NCBI GenBank assembly: GCA_038893995.1
Contig: JAWAQK010000044.1
Coordinates: 1-20,523 of the forward strand
Length of the DNA: 20,523 bases
Origin: Candidatus Thorarchaeota archaeon
GTDB taxonomy: Archaea > Asgardarchaeota > Thorarchaeia > Thorarchaeales > Thorarchaeaceae
Direction: 5' to 3'
Shown here: one piece after another, positions 9,275 to 18,377 of the stretch
Position numbering within the stretch: the first letter of the stretch is position 1
Layout: each line of letters starts with the position of its first letter
Notes under the pieces: generated by a model
Databases searched by the model: none
Seen by the model: the letters and a program-made list of their open reading frames with translations, nothing else
What the model was told of the DNA's origin: nothing
Translations under genes and position numbers: made by a program

Positions 9275-10706
9275 TCATCTGGCCATCAGCCACAGGTGAT
9301 GCCCGCTCCTGAAGGTGTAGACACCGATAGGGCTGTAGAGTGCGAAAGATGGATGATTGACTATGGCAGTGTCCGAAGGCAAGATTGGAGCGAGTTCGTT
9401 CTCATATGCACTGATGATGACTATGTAGTCCGGCTCTAGCACGAAGACATAGTCTGCGTCATATCCTGTCTCATTGTAGACGCCTGGCATCAAGAGACCG
9501 AAGGTATCAATCGCTCTCAGTCCTGAGTAGTACGGAATCGCTCCCGCATCGCCCACTGCCACTGTGGCTCCTGGAGGTGCATTCTGACGCAAGTAGTGTC
9601 CAATGGCTATGTGAGTGTTCTGGAGTCCCTGACTGTAGTCCATTGCGGTCCTGTAGACCACACCCACTCCCGATGCGGGGGCCACGAGGACAATTGGTAT
9701 GGGAACGGCGTACCTGAGCCGCCACAGTGACACATAGACATCCCGCAGGCTGCGGATTGCATAGGGTCTTGCCCTCGTTGCGATGGCAAGTAGCTCACTG
9801 CTAAACTTGGTACTCAAGAGCACAACAGGAACCAGAGCAGGGAACAGAAATCTGAAATTGTAGCCCATGAGGGGGTTCCATAGCCATGTGATGACAACAA
9901 GGACAGTCGCCAGAGCGATGCATCGCAGAGTTGGATATGTGAGTTCATCGATCCTGGTCAGGGACATGGTCATCAAGAAGAATAGAGGCATGAAGTAGAT
10001 GAGAAACCGGACTGACGCATATACGGACGAACCTGCTAGAAGGCCCGCTGCCTTGAACAGGGCTGGTGAAGACAGCAGAGTACCGCAGTACGCGCAGGAT
10101 CTGAAATGCAAGTATGGGGAGAGCCACCAACACGCCTGAACGCAGACTCTCTCTGTTCCTGTAGTACAATACGTCCATCAGTAATAGGGCAAGGATGACA
10201 AGCGTCCCCTCCGATCGGGTGAGGGCAACCATGAACGAGAAGAACGTTCGTTCTGCAACACCATTGTGTTACCGCCACATCAGAAGAGCGATGAACATCA
10301 GGTACAGGGTGGTCTCCATTCCTGAGACACTGTGGATCCCAGACGCAGGAATTGAGGCTAGGAGGAGTGCGGGTATGAATGCAACATCTTCCGAGTGTTC
10401 ACGAGCTGTCATCCGACATAGGACGAACAGAGTTGCGTGAGATGCCAGTATACCGATTGCCTTCGCGGCCAAGACTAGATCTGCACCCACCCAGACAAGG
10501 GGCACCAATATGAGGGTGAACAGGAATGTCGATACCCCCTCGAGTGGCGCTTCGCCAATGTTCCATACGAATTGTCCAGTCCTAACAAAGTTCTCTGCAA
10601 ACCTGAATGTGACGAACGCGTCGTCCACGGTGAAACATCAAGTCTGATACACTAGAAGCAAGACGTGTGGAATCAGATTCCGTACGTACATAGGACGCAC
10701 AGCCAT
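9275..10706 (-). pseudogene. GT-C fold membrane glycosyltransferase pseudogene (DDAFxxFRxA family)
   Basis: Motifs FTVDDAFVTFRFAEN, EGVSTFLF, SGMETTLY, LTRSEG, FRFLFP and GDAGAIPYYS..IDTFGL are spread over three ORFs. There is an in-frame TGA at 10640-10638 (Trp-like position), an in-frame TAA at 10271-10269 and a frameshift near 10090. The start position is approximate. Confidence 0.85.
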
Positions 10707-11049
10707 CCCGGAAGTTTGTGTCGCTGGGAGAGGGACATGTATTTCAACCCATTGGACGAATGACCATGCATCAACGTGACAGGGCTGCCCCTCGGAACAC
10801 TGGTCTAGACTTCGCAGATGTCATGACACGACTAAGTCTTACATGTGTGGTCCCAGCTGTGATCTTGCTCCGCTACGAGAAACGACCATGACAGAGCCCC
10901 GGACAGGATCAGTACTTCTGACATAGACATGCTACTGATGGATCTCTGCGCTCTTCTCCTGCCTATCGAAGTCACACCCCCGATGACGACAGAATCTCTT
11001 GCCATCCTCTGACTATGCACAGGCCACGGTCAGGAGCGTGATGAGTCTG

Positions 11050-11106
11050 CTGCATAGCGGGGCTCCTTCATTCGGCGACCCAGTGGATGGAGGAGCCAAG
11101 GTGCAG
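11050..11106 (+). other. Strong intergenic hairpin between the divergent GT-C pseudogene and the flippase-like gene
   Basis: GGCTCCTTCATTC (11061-11073) pairs with GGATGGAGGAGCC (11085-11097) over 13 bp including 2 G:U, extended by CTGCAT/GTGCAG. Confidence 0.4.
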
Positions 11107-11273
11107 AAAGCACGCAGGATGCGTCTCACTCCGGATCGGCACCTGGTCATGGGTCGCCTGCATCGTGCCGTGCTGGAGTTCGTTCCTTCCGTTTTCGGAC
11201 TACAGCAGCTGCTCGTATCGTGGTCAGCCAAACACTGACCTCATATGGAAGAGAGTGCATTGACAATGCAGCG

Positions 11274-12281
11274 ATGAATCAGAGGACATTCCTCAGCCAT
11301 TTGGTACGGCTGTGTGGCATCGTAATACTGCTGGCAATCCTCCTCAACGTAGACATTGCTAAGATGGCCGTGGTCGCCCAGAGGATCAGTCCGGTCGCGT
11401 GCATAGTGGGCATAGTACTTGTCGTGATCACGCTTGTGCTTAGAGGGCTGAGATGGTACACTGTTGCTCAGGGGCTGGATCTTCGTCTGAGACCATTAGA
11501 GGCGATCGACGGACTCTGCATCGCCCAGGTGATGGGGTTCATTCTCCCGGGCACACTGGGAGATCTGATCCGCGTCCCGTATCTCAAGTGCCGGGGAAAC
11601 CCCTCCTACAGGTCAATCATGAGCGTCTTCCTCGATGCGCTACTTGCCGCGAGCGTCTTCTATGCGGCCGGAGCAGTATCTGTGTTCGTACTGATCGGTC
11701 CCAGTGTCTCACTCTTCGTGGCCGTGGGATCCGTCTCTGTTGTACTTGTCATTGGCCTGTATGCCGTATTCTACGTGGTCAAGGAAAGAGCAGCCCCGTG
11801 GCTTGTCCAGACGAGACTGAGGAAGATTCAGGGGACTGGCATGAGCGGGAGGCTCTTCGTCAGTGCCGGAGTCATCCTGTCAGATGTGGGGATCAGACGA
11901 CTGGCAATTGGTATCGTGCTGAGTGCCGGGGCTTGGTTCACCTACACCCTATTGGCATGGCAGCTGGGCCTTGCACTGGGTATTGGCCTGCCCTGGAACA
12001 CGATGGCCATGGTGGCCACGCTCGCCTCAATGATATCCACAGTTCCAGTCTCGGTCCAGGGTCTAGGGGTCCGCGAGAGTGTGTTCTTGCTACTCCTAGG
12101 CTCAATGGGCATAGACTACGAGATCACCATCGCATTCTCTCTGCTCCTGATGGCCATGTCTCTGGTACCTTCTGTGTGGGGTCTGGTCAGTTGGCAGCGA
12201 GATCCGTTTGTCAGGATTGGACCAGAGAAACTGGAGGAGGCGATTGTCGAGCCCATCGAGCTGGTTCATGAGAGGGACTGA
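11274..12281 (+). CDS. Lysylphosphatidylglycerol synthase TM-domain / UPF0104 flippase-like protein
   Basis: Motifs LRGLRW, PGTLGDLIRVPYLK, SVFLD and PVSVQGLGVRE, with multiple TM helices. ATG 11274 is preferred over the GTG at 11220. Confidence 0.88.
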   Translation: MNQRTFLSHLVRLCGIVILLAILLNVDIAKMAVVAQRISPVACIVGIVLVVITLVLRGLRWYTVAQGLDLRLRPLEAIDGLCIAQVMGFILPGTLGDLIRVPYLKCRGNPSYRSIMSVFLDALLAASVFYAAGAVSVFVLIGPSVSLFVAVGSVSVVLVIGLYAVFYVVKERAAPWLVQTRLRKIQGTGMSGRLFVSAGVILSDVGIRRLAIGIVLSAGAWFTYTLLAWQLGLALGIGLPWNTMAMVATLASMISTVPVSVQGLGVRESVFLLLLGSMGIDYEITIAFSLLLMAMSLVPSVWGLVSWQRDPFVRIGPEKLEEAIVEPIELVHERD

Positions 12282-12490
12282 CATGGGCACACGATATGCA
12301 TCACATCGTCCTGTCCTCGACGGTATGTGGTGGAAGACAGCCAGTGTGCAACCGGAAAGACCAGTGGCCTCGCCATGGACGAAGCGCCAGATTCTCGGTC
12401 TCTTCATCACGCTCCTGACAACGCCTGTTGGCGATAGTTTCAAGTAGATGATAACAGTGGGTCAACAGGGCCCTGTCGGACCTATGCGTA

Positions 12491-13396
12491 TTGGAGGGTA
12501 TTCTGTTGTATCTGTCGAGTTCAGATGAGAGGACAATCAGGAAGATACGGGAGGGCGTAAGCAATATCTATCCCGAGAGCCGAGTGGAATGGTGCTTCTT
12601 GCCGGGATGTCTGTTGTCTTTGCTGCCAGCCCTATTTTTACTGCTTGAGTTCGACGAACCTTCGCTGCATGAGCCGTACTGGGTAGAGGAGGCATCTTCG
12701 GTTATGCTCTTTGGACTGTGTCTCTTGGGGCTTGCCACTGTGGTCTGGCTAGGCTTTAGACGCAAGTACTACTACCTTGGCTTCCGGAGGTCGGCCATTG
12801 CCCAGGGGATCACAGCAGTGGATCTGCTCAATCACGGCCACTCGCCTGACGTGACCATCTTGGATCCCATCCACCCTGCAGAGTACGGAATGGGATTCGT
12901 TTCTATGTTCGCGGCACTGGGGCTCGGTAGACTACTACACCGTATGGGTCTGATCGAGTGGGAGGTTGATGCATTGAGAGAGATTCCACGATATACTACA
13001 AAGTACTCCTGTACACTCATCCTGTTTGTTGTCGGTTTCGGAGTAGCATGGTTGTCACTCGTGGTCCGTCTAAGAATGTTCTTAACCGCTGCAGCCTTTC
13101 TCATTGGAATCCTCATGATCATGTTGGGCCTCTTGTTGGTTTTCAGCAGACTGTCGCGTGAACGCAGGATTAGGCAGGCCTACTCTGGGATGAGGGTCGA
13201 CCTCTCCGACCTACTGGGAGTCGAACTTGGTCGGGTAGGCCGTGTTGAGGACATGATAGCTCAGATCAGATCGTCCTACAGCCATCCGATCAGGGTACTG
13301 GTGACGGACACATATGATGGACTAGAGTACACGGGTCGGACCTATCTGAATATCGACAGTGTCGAACTTCGCGAGGCTATCCTAATCCCGCATTGA
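12491..13396 (+). CDS. Hypothetical multi-pass membrane protein; 5' end uncertain or possibly disrupted
   Basis: About five hydrophobic segments and a C-terminal soluble part (YSHPIRVLV...YTGRTY...ELREAILIP). The TTG start is weak, and a short ORF at 12283-12447 may be a detached N-terminus. Confidence 0.65.
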   Translation: MEGILLYLSSSDERTIRKIREGVSNIYPESRVEWCFLPGCLLSLLPALFLLLEFDEPSLHEPYWVEEASSVMLFGLCLLGLATVVWLGFRRKYYYLGFRRSAIAQGITAVDLLNHGHSPDVTILDPIHPAEYGMGFVSMFAALGLGRLLHRMGLIEWEVDALREIPRYTTKYSCTLILFVVGFGVAWLSLVVRLRMFLTAAAFLIGILMIMLGLLLVFSRLSRERRIRQAYSGMRVDLSDLLGVELGRVGRVEDMIAQIRSSYSHPIRVLVTDTYDGLEYTGRTYLNIDSVELREAILIPH

Positions 13397-13550
13397 ACGC
13401 ATATCTCCCCTCTGTCAGCACGCCATGTCCGGCTCTTGTACTGACTAGAGCCACTCTGGCCCATCCTGAAGTTAGTCAATCAGCGACGGACGTAGCTCTC
13501 AGAGTATCAGAGATGCCCATGGTGTACTCTCGGAACACCCGGTCTTACGA

Positions 13551-13562
13551 AGGGTTTTTATG
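13551..13562 (+). promoter_or_regulatory. Probable BRE/TATA promoter of the peptidase-like gene
   Basis: Purine run followed by TTTTTATG (13555-13562), about 60 nt upstream of ATG 13621. Confidence 0.45.
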
Positions 13563-13620
13563 TCTTGGAACGTTATCCCTTGTGGCTGCGGGGATCTCCC
13601 GGAGCTTGGACATCGTTGAG

Positions 13621-14613
13621 ATGGTAGGGTTGAGTTTCAGAAACAGAGTAATAGTATTCTACGTAGTGCTACCTCTGCTCCTGATCTCGTTCGCGCTTCC
13701 GGCTATCGAGATGGTCTGCAGCAGTAACACACATAGTGAGGAGGCCCGTTTCAAGTACCTTGCATCGGTCGGATTCATGACACCCCTGACATCAACGGAT
13801 CCTGTCTACGATGTACACAATGCCGGGGTTGCTGTCATCGAGTACTACAACGAGTACTATAGGTACTACTACGATCCGCCAATAGAGGTCTATACATGGC
13901 TTCAGTCCTCTTCGACATTGCTCAGGTTCAAGCAGGAACTCGGCTACAGAGACCGAGTTCAAGTGACCGGGCACGGTAGCATGACGTCACTTGGACCACA
14001 AGTGAACCTGTGGTACGACAAGGTCCTCAGGAGCGACTACAGCTCATATTGGGCACGTAGTGACGGAAACTGTGAGGTTGTGCTTCTCGCGGCGTGCTAC
14101 TCGATGGGCACTCGTGACGCATTAGACACGCGACTCGCAAGATCGATCATCGACAACACTGAGGTCAGTGTAGTGATCGGATTCAGAGGGCCTGCAGAAC
14201 TGTTTGCGGCTGCATACTTGGTATCATACTTCTGGATCTATCACACGATGGGCCGTACGGGATACAACGTGCGAGGCGGATACTCTCCCGAAGCCTCCGT
14301 AGATTTCGCGAAAGCCTCACTCCAGTCCTTGCTCAATGACGTCCGCTTCACACTCGACATCCTGGTGACTCTAGCAATAGGTTGGGCACTGGGCCCATTT
14401 GAGCTTTCTTTGAGAGCAATATTTGAGCGGATCCTAGTGAGCGGGGTCAGGATTTCCCTAGAGGGTTTTATATTTGACCTCTGGACTGCCGAGATACGGG
14501 CCACGATGAACGGATTTACCTATGTCAGCGATGGCTCGTTCGTCGGAAGCTTGACACCAGTCAGTAATGGAGGAGGAGGCGGAAGCAGCGGTCCCATAGA
14601 CACGACTCATTAG
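13621..14613 (+). CDS. Probably secreted clan-CD (caspase/CHAT/gingipain-like) cysteine peptidase-like protein
   Basis: Signal-like N-terminus (RNR, then VIVFYVVLPLLLISFALPA). VQVTGHG (His codon 13972) and VVLLAACYS (Cys codon 14095) are 41 aa apart and followed by VVIGF...AAYLVSYFW. C-terminal GGGGGSSGP. The start was moved from 13393 on the basis of the promoter and signal peptide. Confidence 0.7.
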   Translation: MVGLSFRNRVIVFYVVLPLLLISFALPAIEMVCSSNTHSEEARFKYLASVGFMTPLTSTDPVYDVHNAGVAVIEYYNEYYRYYYDPPIEVYTWLQSSSTLLRFKQELGYRDRVQVTGHGSMTSLGPQVNLWYDKVLRSDYSSYWARSDGNCEVVLLAACYSMGTRDALDTRLARSIIDNTEVSVVIGFRGPAELFAAAYLVSYFWIYHTMGRTGYNVRGGYSPEASVDFAKASLQSLLNDVRFTLDILVTLAIGWALGPFELSLRAIFERILVSGVRISLEGFIFDLWTAEIRATMNGFTYVSDGSFVGSLTPVSNGGGGGSSGPIDTTH

Positions 14614-14644
14614 AGGGGAATTCCATTCCCCTTCCTTCTTTTTT
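14614..14644 (+). terminator. Hairpin plus T-tract terminator
   Basis: AGGGGAAT-TCC-ATTCCCCT immediately after the TAG, followed by TCCTTCTTTTTT. Confidence 0.7.
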
Positions 14645-15998
14645 GATGGGGGTTCAGTGTTGCGTGACCAGAACTAATAGGATTGCACATGTGTTCTATG
14701 TAGCGATGGCCTTGGGCCTGGTTGTGTTCGCCGCGTGCGGCGCTGTTGTCGCGCTCGAAACTCCATCTGCCGGCAGGTCTTCTCTTGTTGGAGCGACCAC
14801 TAGAAGGCAGGCTATCGTGAACTACATTGAGGCCCTATGCATATCGAACGAGGGGACGTTCTATAGCTACCTTCGAGATTGGCCAACGGACCCGCGCATA
14901 AACTCCTTCCATACTCTGATCCACCTGCAGGAGCCACTATGGGCACTGATTGTGCTTGGAGCAGAGGGTTCGTTCGACATGAGTAACGCTAGCGCATTCG
15001 CGATCAGCCACCTGAACAGAGCCGATATGCTAGACAGGTTTGGTCCAGTCAACTTCTCCAGGAGAACCCCGTGCAGCGTGATTGCATGCAGAATAGCGGT
15101 TGAGCTATTTGCTCAACTGAGACTGTCGAACCTCTTGAGACCTGAGTGGGTGTCAGAATACATACTCCGATGTCAAGGGCCCCTTGGAGGTTTCAGAGGC
15201 GACACCGAGAGTCCGATAGGAGATGAATCGCTCATACCAACACAGGCAGCACTGTACACGATGCACTTCTTGGACCGCATGAGTCTGTTGAATCGTGAGG
15301 CTGTACTGTCCTTTGTCATGTCATGCCACTCTGGCGGGGGATTCGCGTACACACCGGGTGCAGAACCCGATACCTCAGCACTGCCACTCGCGTTGATGTG
15401 TCTCGACTACCTATGTGCACTAGATCGCATTGATCGTGATAAGACCGTGGCCCTTGTCCTCTCGGAGTGGGACAACAGCAAGGGATGTGCACTAGACGGA
15501 ACAATTGTGAGCACTGAACGATTAGTATGGTCACTGTTCCTTCTCGATGCGCTTGACAGGATCGACATCGAGGCTGTCACCAGATGGGTGTTGGCGCGTC
15601 AGTCGAGTGCTCACGGCGAGTTCCTCCCACGCGATGGTGCACCCCTGTCGTCAGAGAGGTTTGAGTGGACCCGTGCGGCCATCCACATCCTCCAGATGCT
15701 TGACCGACTCGATGCGCTGGAACAGGAATTCCAGGTCCTGATGAAGCCGGTACACGTCATTCCACAGGAATACTACGATCTCATAGAGAAGGAATTCGGA
15801 GGCCCCGATGCTGGTACTGACACCGTTCCGCCCTTCGTATTCCCCCGCATCGATATTGTCAAGATCATAACAGACTTCGGCCCCGTGTCCTTCCTGTTGT
15901 TCATGATCCTCCTCCCGGCACTCTACTGGTATAACTCTGAGAGGAACTACAAGCGCGCAAGGTCCGAGATGAGGAAACGCAGAAGACCGGGTCGGTAG
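14643..15998 (+). CDS. Prenyltransferase/squalene oxidase repeat (alpha/alpha toroid, GGTase-beta-like) protein with an N-terminal signal/TM and a C-terminal TM anchor
   Basis: Repeats YILRCQGPLGGF, FVMSCHSGGGFAYTPGAEP and WVLARQSSAHGEF, recurring LDRID, and a C-terminal TM followed by a basic tail. The true start may be GTG 14664. Confidence 0.8.
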   Translation: MMGVQCCVTRTNRIAHVFYVAMALGLVVFAACGAVVALETPSAGRSSLVGATTRRQAIVNYIEALCISNEGTFYSYLRDWPTDPRINSFHTLIHLQEPLWALIVLGAEGSFDMSNASAFAISHLNRADMLDRFGPVNFSRRTPCSVIACRIAVELFAQLRLSNLLRPEWVSEYILRCQGPLGGFRGDTESPIGDESLIPTQAALYTMHFLDRMSLLNREAVLSFVMSCHSGGGFAYTPGAEPDTSALPLALMCLDYLCALDRIDRDKTVALVLSEWDNSKGCALDGTIVSTERLVWSLFLLDALDRIDIEAVTRWVLARQSSAHGEFLPRDGAPLSSERFEWTRAAIHILQMLDRLDALEQEFQVLMKPVHVIPQEYYDLIEKEFGGPDAGTDTVPPFVFPRIDIVKIITDFGPVSFLLFMILLPALYWYNSERNYKRARSEMRKRRRPGR

Positions 15999-16015
15999 TG
16001 TCACTGCATGGCGAC

Positions 16016-17533
16016 TCAGAACGGTAACGGTAGCGCGCCCAGGACTGGCGTCAGCGAACCAGTCACGATCGATGCGCCTGAGGTGAGTCTGTTCAGCAGG
16101 TATGCCGTGTTCCTCAGGACAGTGGCGGTCAGGGTCTTTCCCTCGATGACACGGCCAGCTGAGTCCTCGACGAAGACCTGTAGTGTCTGAGTCCCTATCT
16201 CACGAGGTTCAAGTGTAAGCCATAGAGCAACACTGTTCTTCAATATGGAGGCAACTACCTGTATCACATCGGTACCACCCTCGCTGACAAGAGGTATCGG
16301 TTCGGATGGTATCCTGCTCTCACCCCGTCCCTCGGCAGCAACACGCACTCTCAGTTCGGTAGGCTGGAGCCCTGTCGCCACAACTCTGACAGTGTAGTCT
16401 CTCTCCTCTGGAGAGTTGTTGAAGAGAATCATGAACAGGTGACATTCTCCATCCTTCTTGCAGACCTCCTGTGCTGCTGCATCGACATACACAGGATCCT
16501 GTGACAGGAGTGTGATGTTGTCTACCAGTTCTAGCTGAAGTCTGTCGATCATGTCGAAGAAGGCAGGCGTGGTCTTCTCCATGAGCCTGAACACGTCGAA
16601 TATACACTGTCTGTCAAAGTAGTATCTGTCCCCTATCCTCACGCCTCTCTCGGGCGAGTAGTGCTCCCTCGATAGGTCAAGAAACTCATCCAGCTCCTGT
16701 CGGACTCTCCCGTGTGTCAGTACTCCGGCGTACTCCAAGTAGTGAAGGTACAACAGCCTCTCTACTGCAAACGCCACTGGACTCTCGTCTGACTCGTGCT
16801 GGAGGATGTCGGTCACAAAATCGGGCCTGAGGCAGCGCCGAATGCACTCTGTGAACTCGTCCCATTTCAGACGTGCCACGGGATCAAGGTGTCCCTGGAA
16901 AACATCGCTGAAGAAGTCCTCGAGCAGCAACTCATGAGACGAGGGCCTGTAGAAGTCTGACAGGCCGGTGACGGAGGTCACGTCCATTGTGATGCTCTTC
17001 ACCAAGAGAGAGGCACCAAGACATACGAGGGTCAGTCCCAGTCCGAGATACGCAACGGACCTCGACAGCTCACTTCCCTCGAAGGCAAGGTAGACGTAGA
17101 ACGAGTACAGCACCAGCACCACTAGACTCAGGATGAACACGACCCGAATTGTCCACAGGGTCCTGCCCAGGTTTGTCCTGATCGTGACGAAGCCGTGCAG
17201 GCTGTCAAGGGGTCTACCTCTCTGTCTCTCCAGGTCCAGCCGGCCCTGAAAAGAGTCTCCGGTCCACTTGGCCAGGAGGCCGAGCACGAAGGTGTTTGTA
17301 GCGAAGAGCAGGAGGAGTATCACAAACACATACAGCAGGTAGAGAGGATCAATGAAGCTGGGCTCCTGCACCGAATTCAGGATCGACGTGGCAGTCAGAC
17401 CAATGAGAGCAAGCGGAAGGATGTACAGAAGGACTCTCCCGACTCTTCTGTTGTACTGGACTAGTCTCGCCTGCCTACTTTCCGTACGTTGCACGACCTT
17501 CTCAGACACATCCCTACGCTGCTTCTGACTCAT
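16016..17533 (-). CDS. Hypothetical membrane protein: 4 N-terminal TM helices, a helical domain and a C-terminal Ig-like beta-sandwich
   Basis: 505-aa ORF with beta-strand pattern LFMILFNNS..YTVRVVA..LWLTLEPREIGTQTLQVFVED. TATA-like CTTATAGA at 17590-17583 upstream. Confidence 0.8.
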   Translation of the reverse strand: MSQKQRRDVSEKVVQRTESRQARLVQYNRRVGRVLLYILPLALIGLTATSILNSVQEPSFIDPLYLLYVFVILLLLFATNTFVLGLLAKWTGDSFQGRLDLERQRGRPLDSLHGFVTIRTNLGRTLWTIRVVFILSLVVLVLYSFYVYLAFEGSELSRSVAYLGLGLTLVCLGASLLVKSITMDVTSVTGLSDFYRPSSHELLLEDFFSDVFQGHLDPVARLKWDEFTECIRRCLRPDFVTDILQHESDESPVAFAVERLLYLHYLEYAGVLTHGRVRQELDEFLDLSREHYSPERGVRIGDRYYFDRQCIFDVFRLMEKTTPAFFDMIDRLQLELVDNITLLSQDPVYVDAAAQEVCKKDGECHLFMILFNNSPEERDYTVRVVATGLQPTELRVRVAAEGRGESRIPSEPIPLVSEGGTDVIQVVASILKNSVALWLTLEPREIGTQTLQVFVEDSAGRVIEGKTLTATVLRNTAYLLNRLTSGASIVTGSLTPVLGALPLPF

Positions 17534-17761
17534 CCCAGAGGCGACTCCGTATCGCTTTGTAGCACATCAGTCTAGCAGCTCGTCTATAAGCATTGTCAGT
17601 GGTAGTCTTCTGCAGGCGTGAAGAGGCCATGACTAATCCAGAGGTCCACTACTGTGTGATGGAGTTCAGTGAAGAAGAGATGCATTGGGATCACAACCCA
17701 ACTCTTGATATACATGTTCAACGAAGGACCGCATATCATCTACCGGGAGCGGAGACCTGAG

Positions 17762-18298
17762 ATGTGCGGTGACGACTTTATCGAGACCCTGAAGGAGAGG
17801 AGGTCGGTCCGAGCCTTCGAGACCACCCCAGTGCCCGAGTCTGACGTGATGCGGATCATAGAGGCTGGTGTGAGTGCTCCAAGCGCTGGCAATAGACAGC
17901 CGTGGCGCATAGTGATAGTCACTGACAGTTCCATCAGACACTCACTGGCGGAGGCCGCATACGGTCAGGAGTTCGTCGCTGCGGCGCCGGTGGTACTTGT
18001 GGTATGCGGCGTACCTGAGGAGTCCGCTGCAAGATATGGTGACCGGGGCAGAAACCTGTACGTCTTCCAGGACACAGCAGCCCTGACAGAGAACATCCTG
18101 CTCGCGGCGCACGCGCTCGGCTATGGTACTTGCTGGGTCGGCGCATTTGACGATGAGGAGGTGTCGAGAGTCATCAATGTCCCTGACTCCATGAGACCAA
18201 TGGCAATCATCCCCATCGGAGTACCCAGAAGGCCGCTTCCCGAGAGAAGACAGAGAAGACCACTCAGCGAGGTAATTGTGAGACAGCGGTTCAAGTGA
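17762..18298 (+). CDS. Nitroreductase family protein
   Basis: Motifs ERRSVRAF, APSAGNRQPW, ENILLAAHALGYGTCWVGAF and IIPIG. ATG 17762 with GGAG upstream is preferred over 17669. Confidence 0.93.
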   Translation: MCGDDFIETLKERRSVRAFETTPVPESDVMRIIEAGVSAPSAGNRQPWRIVIVTDSSIRHSLAEAAYGQEFVAAAPVVLVVCGVPEESAARYGDRGRNLYVFQDTAALTENILLAAHALGYGTCWVGAFDDEEVSRVINVPDSMRPMAIIPIGVPRRPLPERRQRRPLSEVIVRQRFK

Positions 18299-18377
18299 GA
18301 GGTCCGGCTGGACATCCAGTTCAGTCGCTGGACAATAACGAGAGTGCTCCATCCGTGTTATCAGGTCAGCACATCTG

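Noticed and set aside
10638-10640. In-frame TGA as selenocysteine or recoding
   Set aside because: The position is Trp-like, the same gene also has a TAA and a frameshift, and no SECIS-like element was recognised on that strand.
11453-12271. 272-aa alternate-frame ORF inside the flippase gene, and other antisense or overlapping ORFs in the track
   Set aside because: These are shadow ORFs expected from GC-rich codon usage and show no protein-like features.
13393-13620. N-terminal 76 aa of the 406-aa ORF call
   Set aside because: The region contains the probable TATA box and precedes the signal peptide, so it is likely non-coding.
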